This document shows positions 25,804 through 40,119 of a stretch of 64,000 nt of DNA, piece after piece (the stretch's first letter is position 1; each line of letters starts with the position of its first letter). Location of the stretch: the NCBI GenBank assembly GCA_050084515.1, contig CM114271.1:930001-994000 (forward strand). Direction: 5' to 3'. Origin of the DNA: Blasia pusilla. Lineage: Eukaryota. The notes beneath the pieces were generated by a model. The model made no database searches. It saw only the letters and a program-made list of their open reading frames with translations, and was not told where the DNA came from. The position numbers and the translations under genes are program-made.

Positions 25804-27287
25804 TTATTATTAAGAGAGGATGGGGTTAGGGAACAATCCTCCTATGTTGATATTTGTCCTTTCAAAGCTCTTCTATTGTTGACATGTATTTGAGGAGTAC
25901 TTAAATTAAAAGGACCAAAAATTAACATGTGCAAAGAAAATTCCCCCCTCAATGGTGCATAGCACGGGCATCATACCATTGGATAATATGACAAATCACA
26001 CCGATCCCTAGTAACTACTTCCGATCATAACCAAATTGAGGAAGTTGGGCCATTTCTGCACCCAAAAGTTTTGGGCATAGAATATTGGCAATCCTTTATG
26101 GTCGCCATTTCCTAGCATGCATGGAATGTGGCCCATAGAGATAAAAGAAACCTGAAAAAATGGTGATAGGGAACCCATCAAATGTACAAAAGAAGGGGAC
26201 TAGAAGAGTAGAAGTTCATGCCTATCCTAAATGTAGAAGTCCACATGTGTGCTTTATAATTTTTGATGATTTTCTTCTTTAAAAATATTTATAGGATTAT
26301 GGCCTTGAGACGCAAGAGTTAATTTCCCTTTGCTTATGGGAAATTTCAAGATTTTTCAAAGAAACTTTGATTTAGTTTGATCTTGATTTTGATTTTAATT
26401 GCCTGAAAAAAATTCTAATTTAAGTGGTCGGCTTAATAAAGAATGTTGCCACTAGGGGAATTATGGCCTTGTCTCCATGCGTGATGGTTCTCCCACTCTT
26501 GGTTAGAGATGTAAATATAACCCATTAATGCTTTATGAGGGCCACTCAAATCAATCTTTAGAGTGATTTTTGTGGATGTTATAAAAACTATTGTTAAGAG
26601 ACTTACAAGTGGATCCTTCATTTCTTTCAAAAATAGGAAAAAAAAAGGGTAAATAAAACTTGTATGATTGCATGGGAGCAATCATCATGCTTCCCATACA
26701 TTCAAAAAATATGCATGTGCTATCAAAACATTTTCTTGTTACGCCATTCTCATGTGTCAATTAGAGAGATGTTCGCCAATCGAGAAACTATCCTCCTTTA
26801 ATAGTATAGACGTTTTCAAGAAATTCCATGTATCCTCCGACAATCCTTAGCGATTTTCAAAGGTTGCCAAAGGCAGAAACACACAATGGCGGTATGGTCC
26901 ATTCCTACTCACACCTTACATCTCATACAAATGGTGATTTTTAATTGATCAATCTTCATTGATATTTCATCTCTAGACCTTTCTATCAAGACAACACTCT
27001 CACTCCCTTGGAATGGGGATATCTTAAACTCTTGGTTTCAAAAATTCTAGCTTGAATATTTTTGGATTTCTATGAGATATTTCTTCAGGTTTTACAAAGC
27101 ATTTATTCCCTTTTCTTTATGAAACTTGTCATGACCATACGGATTATGTCGTAGAGTATAGTGTGCTAGTAGAGGCCATACCTTATGTAGGGCCGTAGTG
27201 TCTAGGTAGAGATGCGGTTTCATACATAGGGCTGGGGGTTACTCAGTTGAGTGTGACTTTTCCAATAGGGCCCGCTCTTAGGTTGGA

Positions 27288-27506
27288 GGATATAGTGTGG
27301 AGTGCACTCAAAGAACAGTTAGTTCTTTGAGTTGATCCTGTTGCGTTGGGAGTTAGCCTTGGTAGTGAGTAGAGCTCTTGGCTATGGTGGTTCCCGCAAG
27401 CTTCCACTCGAATTCTCCCATCGTGGAGTGGGTTTGGCTCGATTGTATGTGATTCTATACGTGTTTTATGACAATAGTTCTTTCACGGATTTCACTCAAA
27501 GAACTA
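27288..27506 (+). promoter_or_regulatory. E2 TATA-like box, putative transcript 5' end and self-complementary primer-binding site
   Basis: ggatatag lies at ~27288. tagttctttgag (27320-27331) is the exact reverse complement of ctcaaagaacta (27495-27506), which immediately follows the ...ggatttCA end of A. Confidence 0.7.
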
Positions 27507-27617
27507 GAGTAGATCGAGGGTAGCTTCGATCGTGGATCAGTAGGATCTGGTTAGGGCTGATTGTGTACTCAACCGTGGATGTTCGTGGCTTGTGGCCTAT
27601 GTTGGATTTGGAATCTG

Positions 27618-30600
27618 TGTCGTGCGAATCCACATCGTCATACAACATACATCGCTGACATACCATACGCACATACATACATAACATAGACGAGAGTATC
27701 CACAAACGCAAGTGTACCACAACTCGCCCCCCTAACTGGCGGTTAGGTCCCTCTAACTCCCAGGTAGCCCTATACATCTACTACATGCTATACACCTTCT
27801 TGGGTGCCCGAAGCAGAAGGCCGGGTGCTAGGTTGCCCCATCGTTAGTCGCACATCTGTAATCCATATCATGCAAAGATCAAGTCATCTACCTCTCCTAA
27901 GTACATCGAGGACAAACCCACCTTCCAGTAGGAACAACATCCAAACGTGGAGTCAAACACATCATGTGCCAACCCCTAGAACACGGATCACACACCAACA
28001 TACGGGCACGTTACCGCAGACCACACAACATGCACCTCAAGCTAGCACGTATCATGGCTAAGCTTGGGTCAACAAGACCATCCACATTTGGAAGATGACA
28101 TGGCGCACAATTACGCACATGGTCCTTCCAAACAACTCCATCACGACCCTCCGACATGAGAACTCCGAAGCTAACACCTCACGCACTCGAAAAATAGTGC
28201 GCCTGCCGTCACATCCAACGCGTTGTCGGGCAATCTGCTACAAATAGACATAGTCCCCACATGGAACCTACGAATCGATGGTCGATAACCTCCACCGAAT
28301 GGTTGCATACCGCAACGTATCCCTGCGTGTTGAGCAATGGCAAGATTCTCAAAGGTCGTTGGCATAACTCTCCAAAGAGCTCCGCCCACGAGAACACACC
28401 CTCATCCACATCTCGGGTCATCAAGGTTCACCACCTCACTAGACTCTCGGCAATTCCGCCGGCAAGTCCGGATCTCGGCCGTATAATGTAGAAAATAAGG
28501 TGAGAAGGAAGCCAAGGATGCTTGGCGATCGAACCTATACCCCATGGCTAACCATGGCAATTCAATATCCCAGTCTCCAAGATGCCCCTTCAGAGGCCAT
28601 ACTTGCGCAATGCCCTCTTCACCGTCTCGAACCACACGCTCAGCCAAACCATCCGCCTGGATGATCTCGAGACGTGGTCCGATGATCAATCAACGCCTTG
28701 TCACACAAGACCTGAAACTCACCTGAAACTCAGATCCTGGTCGGGTCAAGACTTCGGTGGTGCACCAAAATGACTAAGCACTCTATCCGAAACGCATACG
28801 CCGTTCCCTCACTTGCCTTGTCCGGTAATGCCACCAACTCAATCCACTTGGAGAAGTGCTCCACCATCACCAACACATATCGATGATGTCGTACAGTCAA
28901 CGGTAATGGTCCCGCAAAGTCCGCACTCCAACGGTAACCCCAACCCATAATAGGCAAGGGGTGTAACTGTGGTGTAGGGGCATTGAATGATGCCCTCACC
29001 CGGTCACAAACCATACAACATGACACCAACTGCTGCACCTGAGTATGCATGCCACGCCACCAATACTGGCCAAGGAGTAAGCTATACGTACGCTTTACCC
29101 CAAAATGTCCCAACTCTTTATGGGCATGTCGCACAATGCGCTCTCTCTAAGCCAAATGTGGCACTACTCGTACTCTACCATCCTCCCACATGCGGAGAAT
29201 ATGTGTTCCCTCCAATCGATACCTCTTAGCACGTTGAAGAACACGGTCTCGCTCCTTGGCACTCACTTGCCTGGCACCCTACTGGTCCGTAGGAACTCCA
29301 ACACCAACGCATCATCATGAATATCACGCTGATCCGTACCACCATCTCCAACCTTAGGATCTCAAGGTGGCCATCTACCCCTCGACTAGAGTAAGATATC
29401 ATGTGGTCCTCCATACTAGAGTCCACCCCTAACCAACATAAAAGGCGGATGCATGCCAACCTGGCACCATCTCCTCATCAACCTCGCCATGCCATCTAGC
29501 CCCGCTTGTATCCTCTTGGCTAGTACATGGGTTCCTACTCAACCCATCAAAGATCAAGGTTGGCAACTCCATGTCTATGTACCACCCGGAAGTCATACTC
29601 TCTGTAAGATAAGAGCCCACCGTGCAAGCTTCCCCTGTAAGCTTGTCCGACTCCATCAACCACTTGAGCGGTGGTGATCAGAACAAGGGTAAATCGTGTG
29701 CCAAACAAGTAACACCTAAAGTGTGCCACAACCCACACTCTTGCCAAGCACTCTCCCTCATATGAACTATAGCGCGACTCGCTGCATTATTCGAACGACT
29801 TGCATAGGCCACCACAAACTCCATGTGCTCATCATCATGTTGTGTCAACACCGCTCCAAGTCCCAACCTACTCCAATCAGTGTGTAACTGAAATGGGCGC
29901 CCTCTGATAGGTCTCCTCAAGATAGGCGCCGCCACCAACTGGGCCTTAAGCTCCACAAAAGCTCTCTCCTGATCATCTCCCCAGTGCCACTCTTGATCTG
30001 ATTTCAGCAATTGGTTCAAAGGCTTTGCCATAGCACTAAATCCCTTCACATACCTCCGATAGTAGTTCGCCAATCCCATGAATGCTCGAACTCTACTCAC
30101 ATCTATCGGACGCGGAATAAGTGCAATAGCCTCCACCTTTGCTTGCTGAACTCCCAAACCACATGGATAGATCACATGACCCAAGTACTCAACATCCTCA
30201 TGGAAGAACTTACACTTTCCTGGATGCAAACGTAGACCATGAGCTTTCAACCGCTCAAACACCATCTGCAAATGTATCTGATGAACCTCCACGGTGTTAC
30301 TGAACACCAAGATATCATCAATGTAACACCGAACAAAATCCAACCCTGCAAGGATCCTGTCCATCACTCTTTGAAACTCGGCAGGTGCATTCTTCAACCC
30401 AAAGGGTAAGAATTTCCACTGGTACAAACAATCCTTGCCATGAGAGTTGACACCCCAAAATGCTGTCTTGGCCTTGTCACTCTCCCGAATCGGCAATTGA
30501 TGGTATCCTGCCTGAAGATCCAAAGTACTGAAAATCTTTGCCTCTCCCACCACATCAAAGATCTCCTCAGGTGTAGGCATGGCATACCTATCGGCCTTGG

Positions 30601-33600
30601 TTTGCCGATTGATAGGACGGTAATCTCCACACATCCGCCTATCCGTATAGTTGCCATGCATATCCTTTTAGCAGCATGACAAGTGGCGATGCATACTCTC
30701 CATGCGACAACTCCACTAATCCAGCCTCCAAAAGTTCCAACTTCCTACTCTGAATCAGGTCCCTCTCCATATCACTATATCGGTAGGGACGACAGAAGAT
30801 TGGTGTATCACTAGCCAAATCAATCCGTATACCGGGTCCAACCAGAGAACCCAACTCCTTCATGCTAAAGGCAAAACAACTCCTATAAGCACGTAGGAAG
30901 GCGTGTCAGCGTCGTTTCTCACCTCCCGTAAGCTTGGGCCCAAGTAATGGCTCCCAAGTCTCCTCCTTTGGCATACTAGAGGGAGAGGCGATGCCATTGG
31001 TCGCTACATAACCCCCTCACAAGATGATACACCCTTAGCTACACCATCATCTCGAGCAAATAACTCCTCCACCAAAGCATGAGCAACCAACTCCACATGC
31101 CCAGCCATTACATCCCATTTACTCCAAGGATGCAAAATACTACTCTCTTCACCCCCGATGCCTCTACCGTCCTGGTAGCCATCGAGCTCATTACAAGGGT
31201 GGAAGACCCACGGACATGGTCCGAAGTCGATATTTGCTCGGCCATACCAAGACTCAAAATCCAAGTCAAACAATTCAGGTCCATGGCCTGACCCAACACA
31301 TGACGTCGTGAAGCCTCAAAAATAGAAGCAACCGGCCACGCCGAGAGTAAATCCCATCGCACGCTCTCTCTCATCAGTGTTAGGCTCCACCAACTGTCGC
31401 ACATGAGAATCCCATACAAGCCCCGGACCACCTTCCCTCGTAGGCATGTGACGGGAAAACTCACAAATGTGGGTAGTGCCATCCTAGGTGGCCCACACGG
31501 TTCACCACCGCCATGGGTGACCGATCAATAACCCTCACCACTTGAGAAAGTCGCCAAGATTCAAGATACTATCCATTGTAAAGGCGAGGATCCCGCCATC
31601 GCATCATCCGCTTTCGACGTAGGACCTCCTAGGCAACAAGTTTGTCCACCACAAGCGTGGACGATCTGCACACGAGCCAACTCGCGCTGCATCCAACAAC
31701 ACCGCTGGTCCAATCCAAGACCGCACCTCGTGAACAATCGCCATCATCCGGGTCCTTACATTCTCATGGATCATCAGGCATGTGCTCTAGCTTACATTGG
31801 AACATTTCCGAATGTAAGCTAGAGCACATGCTGATGAACTCAAGATGTCGTAACACCCGTAACATCTCCCAAAACAATCGAGACCTAGGGTCATGTAATC
31901 CCTCACCACGACCAAAGAGACGTATGACTTCGACATGGCCATCCAAAGAATCACCAAATCCACAGACCAACCCTCTCAAGGTCGTGGCGCCCCAACAATG
32001 CAATGTGTGATGGTAAAGCACGCCGGTACCTACGAATAGCCGATGGCGGCAACAACTCAGATATCTCCGCATCAATCGACCAATATGTCGGGATGAGACT
32101 CTCTGGTCGTCTCATCTCGCTCCACATACACGTATCTCCACAGAATACCGGCCTCCAACATCGCCGCCAAACCGGTGCTAATCCCACCAAAGAGATCTAA
32201 CACACAAATGCCCTCCGGCGGATACGCCATACAATGGGTGTAGTATCCAAAGGGGATAACCTAATGGGCAGGAAGTAGGAGTCCGCCGTGGGGCCTCCTC
32301 TTCCTCGTGAGGTATATGACCTCACACCAAGCCTCTGCACTAGGCGTCGCCTCCGCCGTAGTGCACCGCTGAACTCCAAAGTGGCACATCCAACGATGAG
32401 GATGCCACTTGCTGCAAAAATAGGGACCTCCTCTTCCTCCTCATGCGCAGGAGAATCCATAGCGTAAAACATTACCCTCCAAAAAGTCTCCGGCCAAGTG
32501 ACTACTCCACTAAAACTAGCCACAGATGCTAACTTTGTTGGGGAAGACCCTCCTGGTCGAGCCCAGTAAATAAATCTCACAGAACTTGGCTCATACGTCC
32601 ATCCCGGACTGCCAACCTGGTCTATAAGACGTATTTGTCCGCCTAGTAATCCATCTGAAAACCCATCGGGTACACATCGCTCCTCCTACTAGTACATCAT
32701 ACGACTCGGGATGTGACTACATGCAGATACTCCCAACCGGGAGCTATCGTCGCATGATCTGGTCTCAACTAGACAGAAAACTTCTCCCGTGTCATGAATT
32801 GAGACCTATCATTGGCTCCTCCAAGTGATGTTTGAATCTGGAATGGGCAAGGCTCAAGCTCGACCTCCGAATACCCAAACCAATACATGCCGCCTTTCCC
32901 AACATCAAAGGTTGGGCACCGAGTCTAACAAGACTCTATCCGGTCTATACACTGCCCTCTGTAGGACTCACCAATCGGAAGATCCCACCGGTTGTCCAAC
33001 ATACTTACACCAGGTGTAAGCCTCTCACGATCAATGGTGGCCGGGCTCGTAATGCATCCATCTTCGCCGCCGCCGCTAAGTAGCATGGTACTCAATGCTA
33101 CTCCTCGACATAGAGGGTCGCTCCACCGCAACATCCTCATCCACCTCAACACGTGTAGCAAGAATAACACCCCACGTTCACACAATGTGGTCGCTAGCTG
33201 AAATACAGAGCTAAGTCAACTCCTAAAGCCATCGGCTCCGTGGCGAAAACAATGGGGATCCTAACACCGGTTGCCATCCGCACTTAATCGACCTTTGGAT
33301 GTTGTATCCGTGTCTACTACATGCGATGTAGATGCCTCGGTCCCCACTGTCGGCTCAATAGGTCGTGTAGGAACCATGGATGGAGTCCTAAGCACCTCAG
33401 ACAACAAGAATGATGGGAAGCCTAGCTCGCCTCCCAGCCTCACCCCTATGTGGGTCCAACTCACAAGAGCACCACGTAGCTCGACGCCGAGTGGCTCTCT
33501 CTAAGTAATCGCAGGTGATGCCTCAACTTTGTCTTTGCACTCGCCATATAAGAGAGATCATCCCCTCCATAAGAGGTGGAAGTCCTCGCTCCCGAACCCG

Positions 33601-36600
33601 ATCTATCTTTGGATACCGACCATAGTAGCCAATAACCGCTCCAATCTGCTCAATCTCGGCAGCCATAGCGACTCTGTTGTAGTGGTAGGGGTAGCCACCG
33701 TAGGCTCTCCAACCACCTGGTCCACCTCTACCACCCCTACCACCTCGGCCTCTCGGAGCTACTCCACGCGGCCGCGGCCGATCTCAACTCGGATGAAGAT
33801 CAAAGCAACGCTCTCGAGGATGACCGGGTCTCCCGCAATGATCACACCTGAAGTTGGGGCCGATTGAGGCCCATCCTCCAAAGTCCGTCTCCCATCCTCT
33901 TGGGGACAAAACTTCCTAACATGATCACCTCCATATGTCCAACATGATCGCCCTTGCTGGGGGCAGCAAATGAAGGCAATGGTCTCTGCACAAGTGTCCT
34001 CTAGGACTTGACTCGAGGTCGCGTGTACCCCCACGACTCTCACTACTACTACCACCACCACTACTACGAGATTGTGAGGTGGGCGGTGAACACGAGAAGT
34101 AGTAGTTGTATCCCTACATGAATGCGGATGTCACCACTCTCTCCTTCATCATGTTAAGCTCAATCTTCTCGAGATAGAGCAAACACATGGGTCAATGTGG
34201 GTGAATCATCACTCATAAGAGTAGCATCACGCACCCTACGGCGCAAATCTCTGTCCAAGATCCCATACCAAAATCGATGCTCGATCCTCAGTCACCCCTT
34301 GGGTAATCGAAATCAAGCGTCGCATACGCGCGTGTATGCCTCACGAAGACTCTCACCGTCTTTTGCTCAAAGTCCTGAAGATTCCTCAACTTCTCCGTCT
34401 TCACTCCTTGATAGTTCTTCTTCAACCTCTTGAAGAACTCTGCAACCGGGCTAAACGATGGTGGGGCACTAGTACCTCCACTAGTACCTCCACTGGTACC
34501 CCCACTCCGGCTCGTACTCGTACCACTTAGCATCGGGTCGGGCCGGGCATAGTAGGAGCACTACTACCAATACCACCATGGGTGATAGACACATAGCCTG
34601 GAGACCTATATTGTCTCCATGCCTCAATCTAAACAACATGGTCCTTCCTAAACTCATGGTAATCATCCATGGGTGGTCCTTCCAAATCTTTGAAACAACC
34701 CTTCCAAGCCAAGAAGGGTGTAAACAACGTGCGTTCGCAACATCTACATATCACACCACGTATCAAACTCCTGCATGAAGTCCTCCAACTCAATGGTACC
34801 CACAGCACCCAAGTATCGTCGTGGGCCCTTCATGGCCCCATATCCACCGTCCATGTCCCAAATCAATGGAGCGCAACACTCGATAACAACGAGAAGACTC
34901 GGTGTTTGGAACACCTCGTCCTCCTCTTCATCAACCGTCGGAAGTGGAAAAGGTAGCCGATACCTAAATCCACTCCGTGTGAAACCACCATCGTCCGCAC
35001 CACGGTCCCCAACCAGACCACCCGATGACTCGTGATGACCAACGCCGATGCCGCACCACCACCAAATTACCAAGTGACGTCGATGTCGCTATACTATTCT
35101 AGCTCTACTAGCTATGGGTGTAGGCAACCTAACTTGTCATCACCACAAGAAGTCTCCCACAATCTACTCGTCATCCTTCCAGCCTCAGTACCGGTAGCAC
35201 ACAGGAGTAACACTACTCTGGAAATCAGCGTCAACCCTAACAATGGGCACGCAAGCAAGAAGCACGATGGAGGGGATCCAAACACAGGAAATCTAACGAC
35301 AACCCTCCAATCGCAAATGGAAATCAAGGTAACACAATCCACCAAACGTGGTGCCCTCTGAATTCACAAAACCCACCACACAATTCTAACGCAATAGCTA
35401 CTCCTCCGCGGGTCGATGACGTGCTAGTCGAACGCGCAGCATCTGAAAATATCACCTGCATGGAGAGGCTACACCGTACTATGCGCTAGAGGTACATCAA
35501 CCAAAAACCTGAGATGCATAAAGTGCCTAACACATCTCCGAACAGCACCAAATGAGCTACAACAGTATGTACACTGGCATAGTTAAGAACTCGGCAGTTA
35601 AGCGTCCTCCAGGCAGAATAGCCCAAAGATGGGTGACTAGTTATGCAAAACTCAAATCCCAAATCCTGCAAAAATTGCCTCACGCCAAGCAAGCTTGCTT
35701 GCTTGCTCCTTGCTCCTTACTCCGCCTCTCACGCCCACTCGCCCCGAGCTACCACGAGTTGCCTCGAAGCCTCGAAGCCTCGAACCGTCGAGACATGCCC
35801 CGTTCGCCCCGTTCGCCACGCTTCGCCATGCTTCGCTATGGAGAGAGGTCCAACTAGGGCGCCCCCAACGGGATAGGCATCTCCAAAAATGAATGAGTCA
35901 CCAACCAACCAGCCCCTCCGATCCGCTGTCCACCATAGCCAGACCTTGAGCTAGTCCGCGAAATTTCGATCAGAAATTACTTCACAAATACGTGACCAAA
36001 ATCAAATCTGTTTTGATCAGAATTCAATTGACCACCATAGCTATCTCCCCACAAAAACTCACCTACAACCAAGCTCCGTACTCCGAGCTAAAAATCAGAC
36101 AAACTTGCTGTCCATACACCTCTAGAACCGCAAATCCGACAGCGCTTCCGCCAAGTTTCATGCACGCAGAAATCCGCAACGCTCCACGCACTCGAGCAGA
36201 TAGCTTCACATGAGATCACAATACAAGTAGCAATAGGAACCTCTCACCCGATCTGGATGAACTTCAACAGAGCTTCCGCACTCCAAGCTCTCCACATCAA
36301 AAAACTGTCGAACACGAACCAGAATCTTCAATGCTTGATAACTTCCAACTCCCTTGACGAAATCCGGCGATCTATAGCGCGTTGGAAAGCTCTCAGCAAG
36401 GCGCTTCTTTCCCAACCAACCACGCACCTGATTCACACCTCCAACATAGGCAACAAGCCACGAACATCCACGGCTGAGTACACAATAAGCCCTAACCAGA
36501 TCCTACTGATCTACAATCGAAGCTACCATCGATCTACTCCAATTCTTTGAGTGAAATCCGTGGAAGACCTACTGTCATGAAACACGTTTACAATCACATA

Positions 36601-36919
36601 CAATCGAGCCAAACCCACTCCACGATGGGAGAATCTAGGTCGAAGCTTGCGGGAAACACCATAGCCAAGAGCTCTACTCACTACCAAGGCTAACTCTCAA
36701 CGCAATAGGCTCAACTCAAAGAACTGACTGTTCTTTGAGGGCAAGCCACCTTATATCCTTCAACCTAAGAGCGGGCCCTACTGGGAAAGTCACCCCCAAG
36801 TGAGTAACCCCCAACCCTATGTATGGAACCGCATCTCTACCAAGCCACTCCAGTCCTACATAAGGAATGGCCTCTACCAGCACACCATACTCTACGACAT
36901 AATCCGTATGGTTATGACA
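27618..36919 (-). mobile_element. E3: Ty3/Gypsy-DNMT retroelement (family 2), structure A-int-B with no terminal direct repeat
   Basis: TCTG/TCTG TSD (27614-27617, 36920-36923). The host leader of E2 rejoins seamlessly across it. A = 36552-36919, B = 27618-27721. Confidence 0.95.
27900..35030 (-). pseudogene. E3 gag-pol (gag, protease, MTase ~31250-32215, RT, RNase H, integrase, PHD)
   Basis: A 327-aa RT/RNase H ORF (29678-30661) contains YIDD, and an integrase HHCC ORF lies at 28730-29134. The rest is broken by many small indels. Confidence 0.9.
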
Positions 36920-38288
36920 TCTGGTGCGTGGTTGGTTGGGAAAGAAGCGCCTTGCTGAGAACTTTCCAACACGCTTTAGATCGCCGGATTTTGTTAAGGG
37001 AGCTGGAAGTTATCAAGGATTGAAGATTCTGGTTCGTGTTCGACGGTTTTCTGATGTGGAGAGCTTGGAGTGCGGAAGTTGTGTTGAAGTTCATCCAGAT
37101 TGGATGAAAGGTTCTTGTTGCTACTTGTATTGTGATTTCACGTGAAGCTATCTGCTTGAGTGTGTGGAGCGTTGTGGATTTCTGCGTGCATGAATCTGGG
37201 CGGAAGCACTGTCGGATTTGCGATTCTGGAGGTGTATGGACAGCAAGTTTGTCTGATTTGTAGCTCAAAGTACAGAGCTTGGTTGTAGCTGATTTTTTGT
37301 GGGGAGATAGCTATGGTGGTCAATTGAATTTTGGTTGAAACAGATTCAATTTTGGTCAAGGGTTTGTGGAGTAATTGCTGATCGAAATTTCACGGACTAG
37401 CTTAAGGTCTGGCTAAGGTGGACAGCAGATCAGAGGGGCTGGTTGGTTGGTGAATCGTTCGTTGTTGGAGACGCCTATCCCATTGGGGGCGCCCTGGTTG
37501 GGCCTCTCTCCATAGCAAAGCATGGCGAACGGGGCATGTCTCGGCGTTTTGAGGCTTTGAGGCAACTCGTGGTAGTTCGGGGCGAGTGGGCATGAGAGGC
37601 GGAGCAAGGAGCAAACAAGCAAGCTTGCTTGCTTGAGCATGAGGCAATTTTTGCAGGATTTGTGATTTGAGTGTTGCATAACTCGTCATCCATCTTTGGG
37701 CTATTCTGCCTGGAAGACGCTTAACTGTTGAGTTCTTAACTATGCTAGTGTACACAATGGTGTAGCTCATTTGGTTTTGTTTGGAGATTCGTTAAGCACT
37801 TTATGCATCTCAAGTTTTTGGTTGATGGACCTCTAGCGCATAGTATGGTGTAGCCTCTCCATGCAGGTGATATTTTCAGGTGCTGCGAGTCCGACTAGCA
37901 CGTCATCGACCCACAGCGGAGTAGCTATTGCGTTAGAATTGTGTGGTGGGTTCTATGGATTCCGGGGGCGCCACGTTTGGTGGATTGTGTTACCTTGATT
38001 TCCATTTGCGATTGGAGGGTTGTCGTTGGACTTCCTGTGTTTGGATCCCCTCCATCGTTGCTTCTTGCTTGCGCGCCCATTGTTAGGGTTGAAGCTGATT
38101 TCCAGAGTAGTGTTACTCCTGTGTGCTATCGGTAGTGAGGCTGGAGTGATGACCAGTAGACCGTGGGAGGCTTCTTGTGGTGTTGACAGATTAGGTTGCC
38201 TACACCCATAGCTCGTAGAGCTAGAGTAGTACAACGACATCAACGTCACTTGGTTACTTAGTGGTGGTAATTTGGTGGTGGTGCGGCA

Positions 38289-39680
38289 TTGGCTTTGGTC
38301 ATTACGGAGCTGTCTGGTGGTCTGGTTGGGGACCGTGGTGCAGACAATGGTGGTTTCATACGGAGTGGATTGAGGTATCGGCTACCTTTTCCACTTCCGA
38401 AGGTTGATGAAGAGGAAGACGAGAGTGTTCCAAACACCGAGTTTTCTACGTTGTTATCGAGTGTTGCAGCTCCATTGATTTGGGACATGGACGGGATATA
38501 TGGGGCCATGAAGGGCCCACGAAAATACTCGGGTGCAGTGGGCACCACTGAGTTGGAGGACTTCATGCAGGAGTTTGATACGTGGTGTGATATGCAGATG
38601 TTGCGGAACGCCACGTTGTTTACACCCTTCTTGGCTTGGAAGGGGTTGTTTCAAAGACTTGAGGGACCACCCATGGATGATTACCATGATTTTAGGAAGG
38701 ACCATGTTGCTGAGATTGAGGCATGGAGACAATATTGGTCTCTAGGCTATGTGTCTGTCACCCATGGTGGTATTGGTAGTAGTGCTCCTACTATGCCAGC
38801 CAGCCCGACGTTGAGTGGTACGAGTACGAGCCGGAGTGGGGGTACTAGTGGAGGTACCCATGGAGGTACCAGTGGGAACTCCCACTGGTACCTCTTATGA
38901 GTGATGATTCACCCACATTGACCCATGTGTTTGCTCTATCTGAGAAGATTGAGCTTACCATGGTGAAGGAGAGAGTGGTGACATCCGCATTCAGTAGGGA
39001 TACAACTACTACTTCTCGTGTTCAGCAGCCCACCTCACAATCTCATAGTAGTGGTGGTGGTAGTAGTAGTGGGAGTCGTGGGGGGTACACACGACCTCAG
39101 TCATGTCCTAGAGGAACACTTGCGTAGAGACCATTGCCTTCATTTGCTGCCCCGCAGCAAGGACAGTCATGTTGGACATGTGGAGGTGATCATGTTAGGA
39201 GTTTTTATCCCCAAGAGGATGGGAGACGGACTTTGGAGGATGGGCCTCAATCGGCCCCAACTCAGTGTGATCATTGCGGGAGACCCGGTCATCCTCGAGA
39301 GCGTTGCTTTGATCTTCATCCAGAGTTGAGATCAGGCCGCGGCCGCGGTGGAGTAGCTCCAAGAGGCCGAGGTGGTAGGGGTGGTAGAGGTGGACCAGTG
39401 GTTGGAGAGCCTACGGTGGCTACCCCTACCACTACGACAGAGTCAGCTATGGCTGCCAAGATTGAGCGATTGGAGCGGTTGGCTTCTATGGCTGGTATCC
39501 AGCATAGATCAGGTTCGGGAGCAGGGGCTTCCACCTCTTATGGAGAGGATGATCTCTCTTATATGGCGAGTGCAGCACAGATTGAGGCATCACCTGCAGT
39601 TACGAGAGGAGCCACTCGAGCGTCAGAGCAACGTGGTGCTACAGTGGAGTTGGACCCACAGAGGAGTGAGGCTGGGAGTT
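38289..39680 (+). pseudogene. E2 gag (capsid, two zinc knuckles, RGG tract), internally deleted at ~38880
   Basis: ELEDFMQEFDTWCD; CWTCGGDH; CDHCGRPGHPRERC; GRGRGGVAPRGRGGRGGRGG. Confidence 0.85.
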
Positions 39681-40119
39681 AGGCTAGGCTTCCCCAGTCA
39701 TTCTTGTTGTCTGAGGTGCTTAGGATTCTATCCATGGTTCCTACGCAGCCTATTGAGCCGACACTGGGGACTGAGGCATCTACATCGTTTGAAATAGACA
39801 CGGATGCAGCATCTACTGCAGTATTGCGGATGGCAACTTCACTGTTGGGATCCCCATTATTTTCGGCCACGGAGCTGATGGCTTTAGGAGTTGACTTAGC
39901 TCATGTATTTCAGCTAGCAGCCACGTTGTGTGAACGTGGGGGTGTTACTCCTACACCTACTGAGGTGGATGAGGGTGTTGCGGTGGAGCGACCCTCTAGG
40001 TCAGGTGTAGCATTGAGTACCAGTGCTACTTGGCAGGCAGCAGCGGCGAAGATGGATGCATTACCAGCCCGGCCAGCCATTGATCGTGAGAGGCTTACAC
40101 CTGGTGTATGTATGTTGGA

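Noticed and set aside
35030-38290. Short ORFs recurring in the element leaders (e.g. MWWVLWIPGAPRLVDC..., MTKIESVSTKIQL...)
   Set aside because: They recur only because the DNA is repeated. Lengths and frames differ between copies and there are no recognisable domains.
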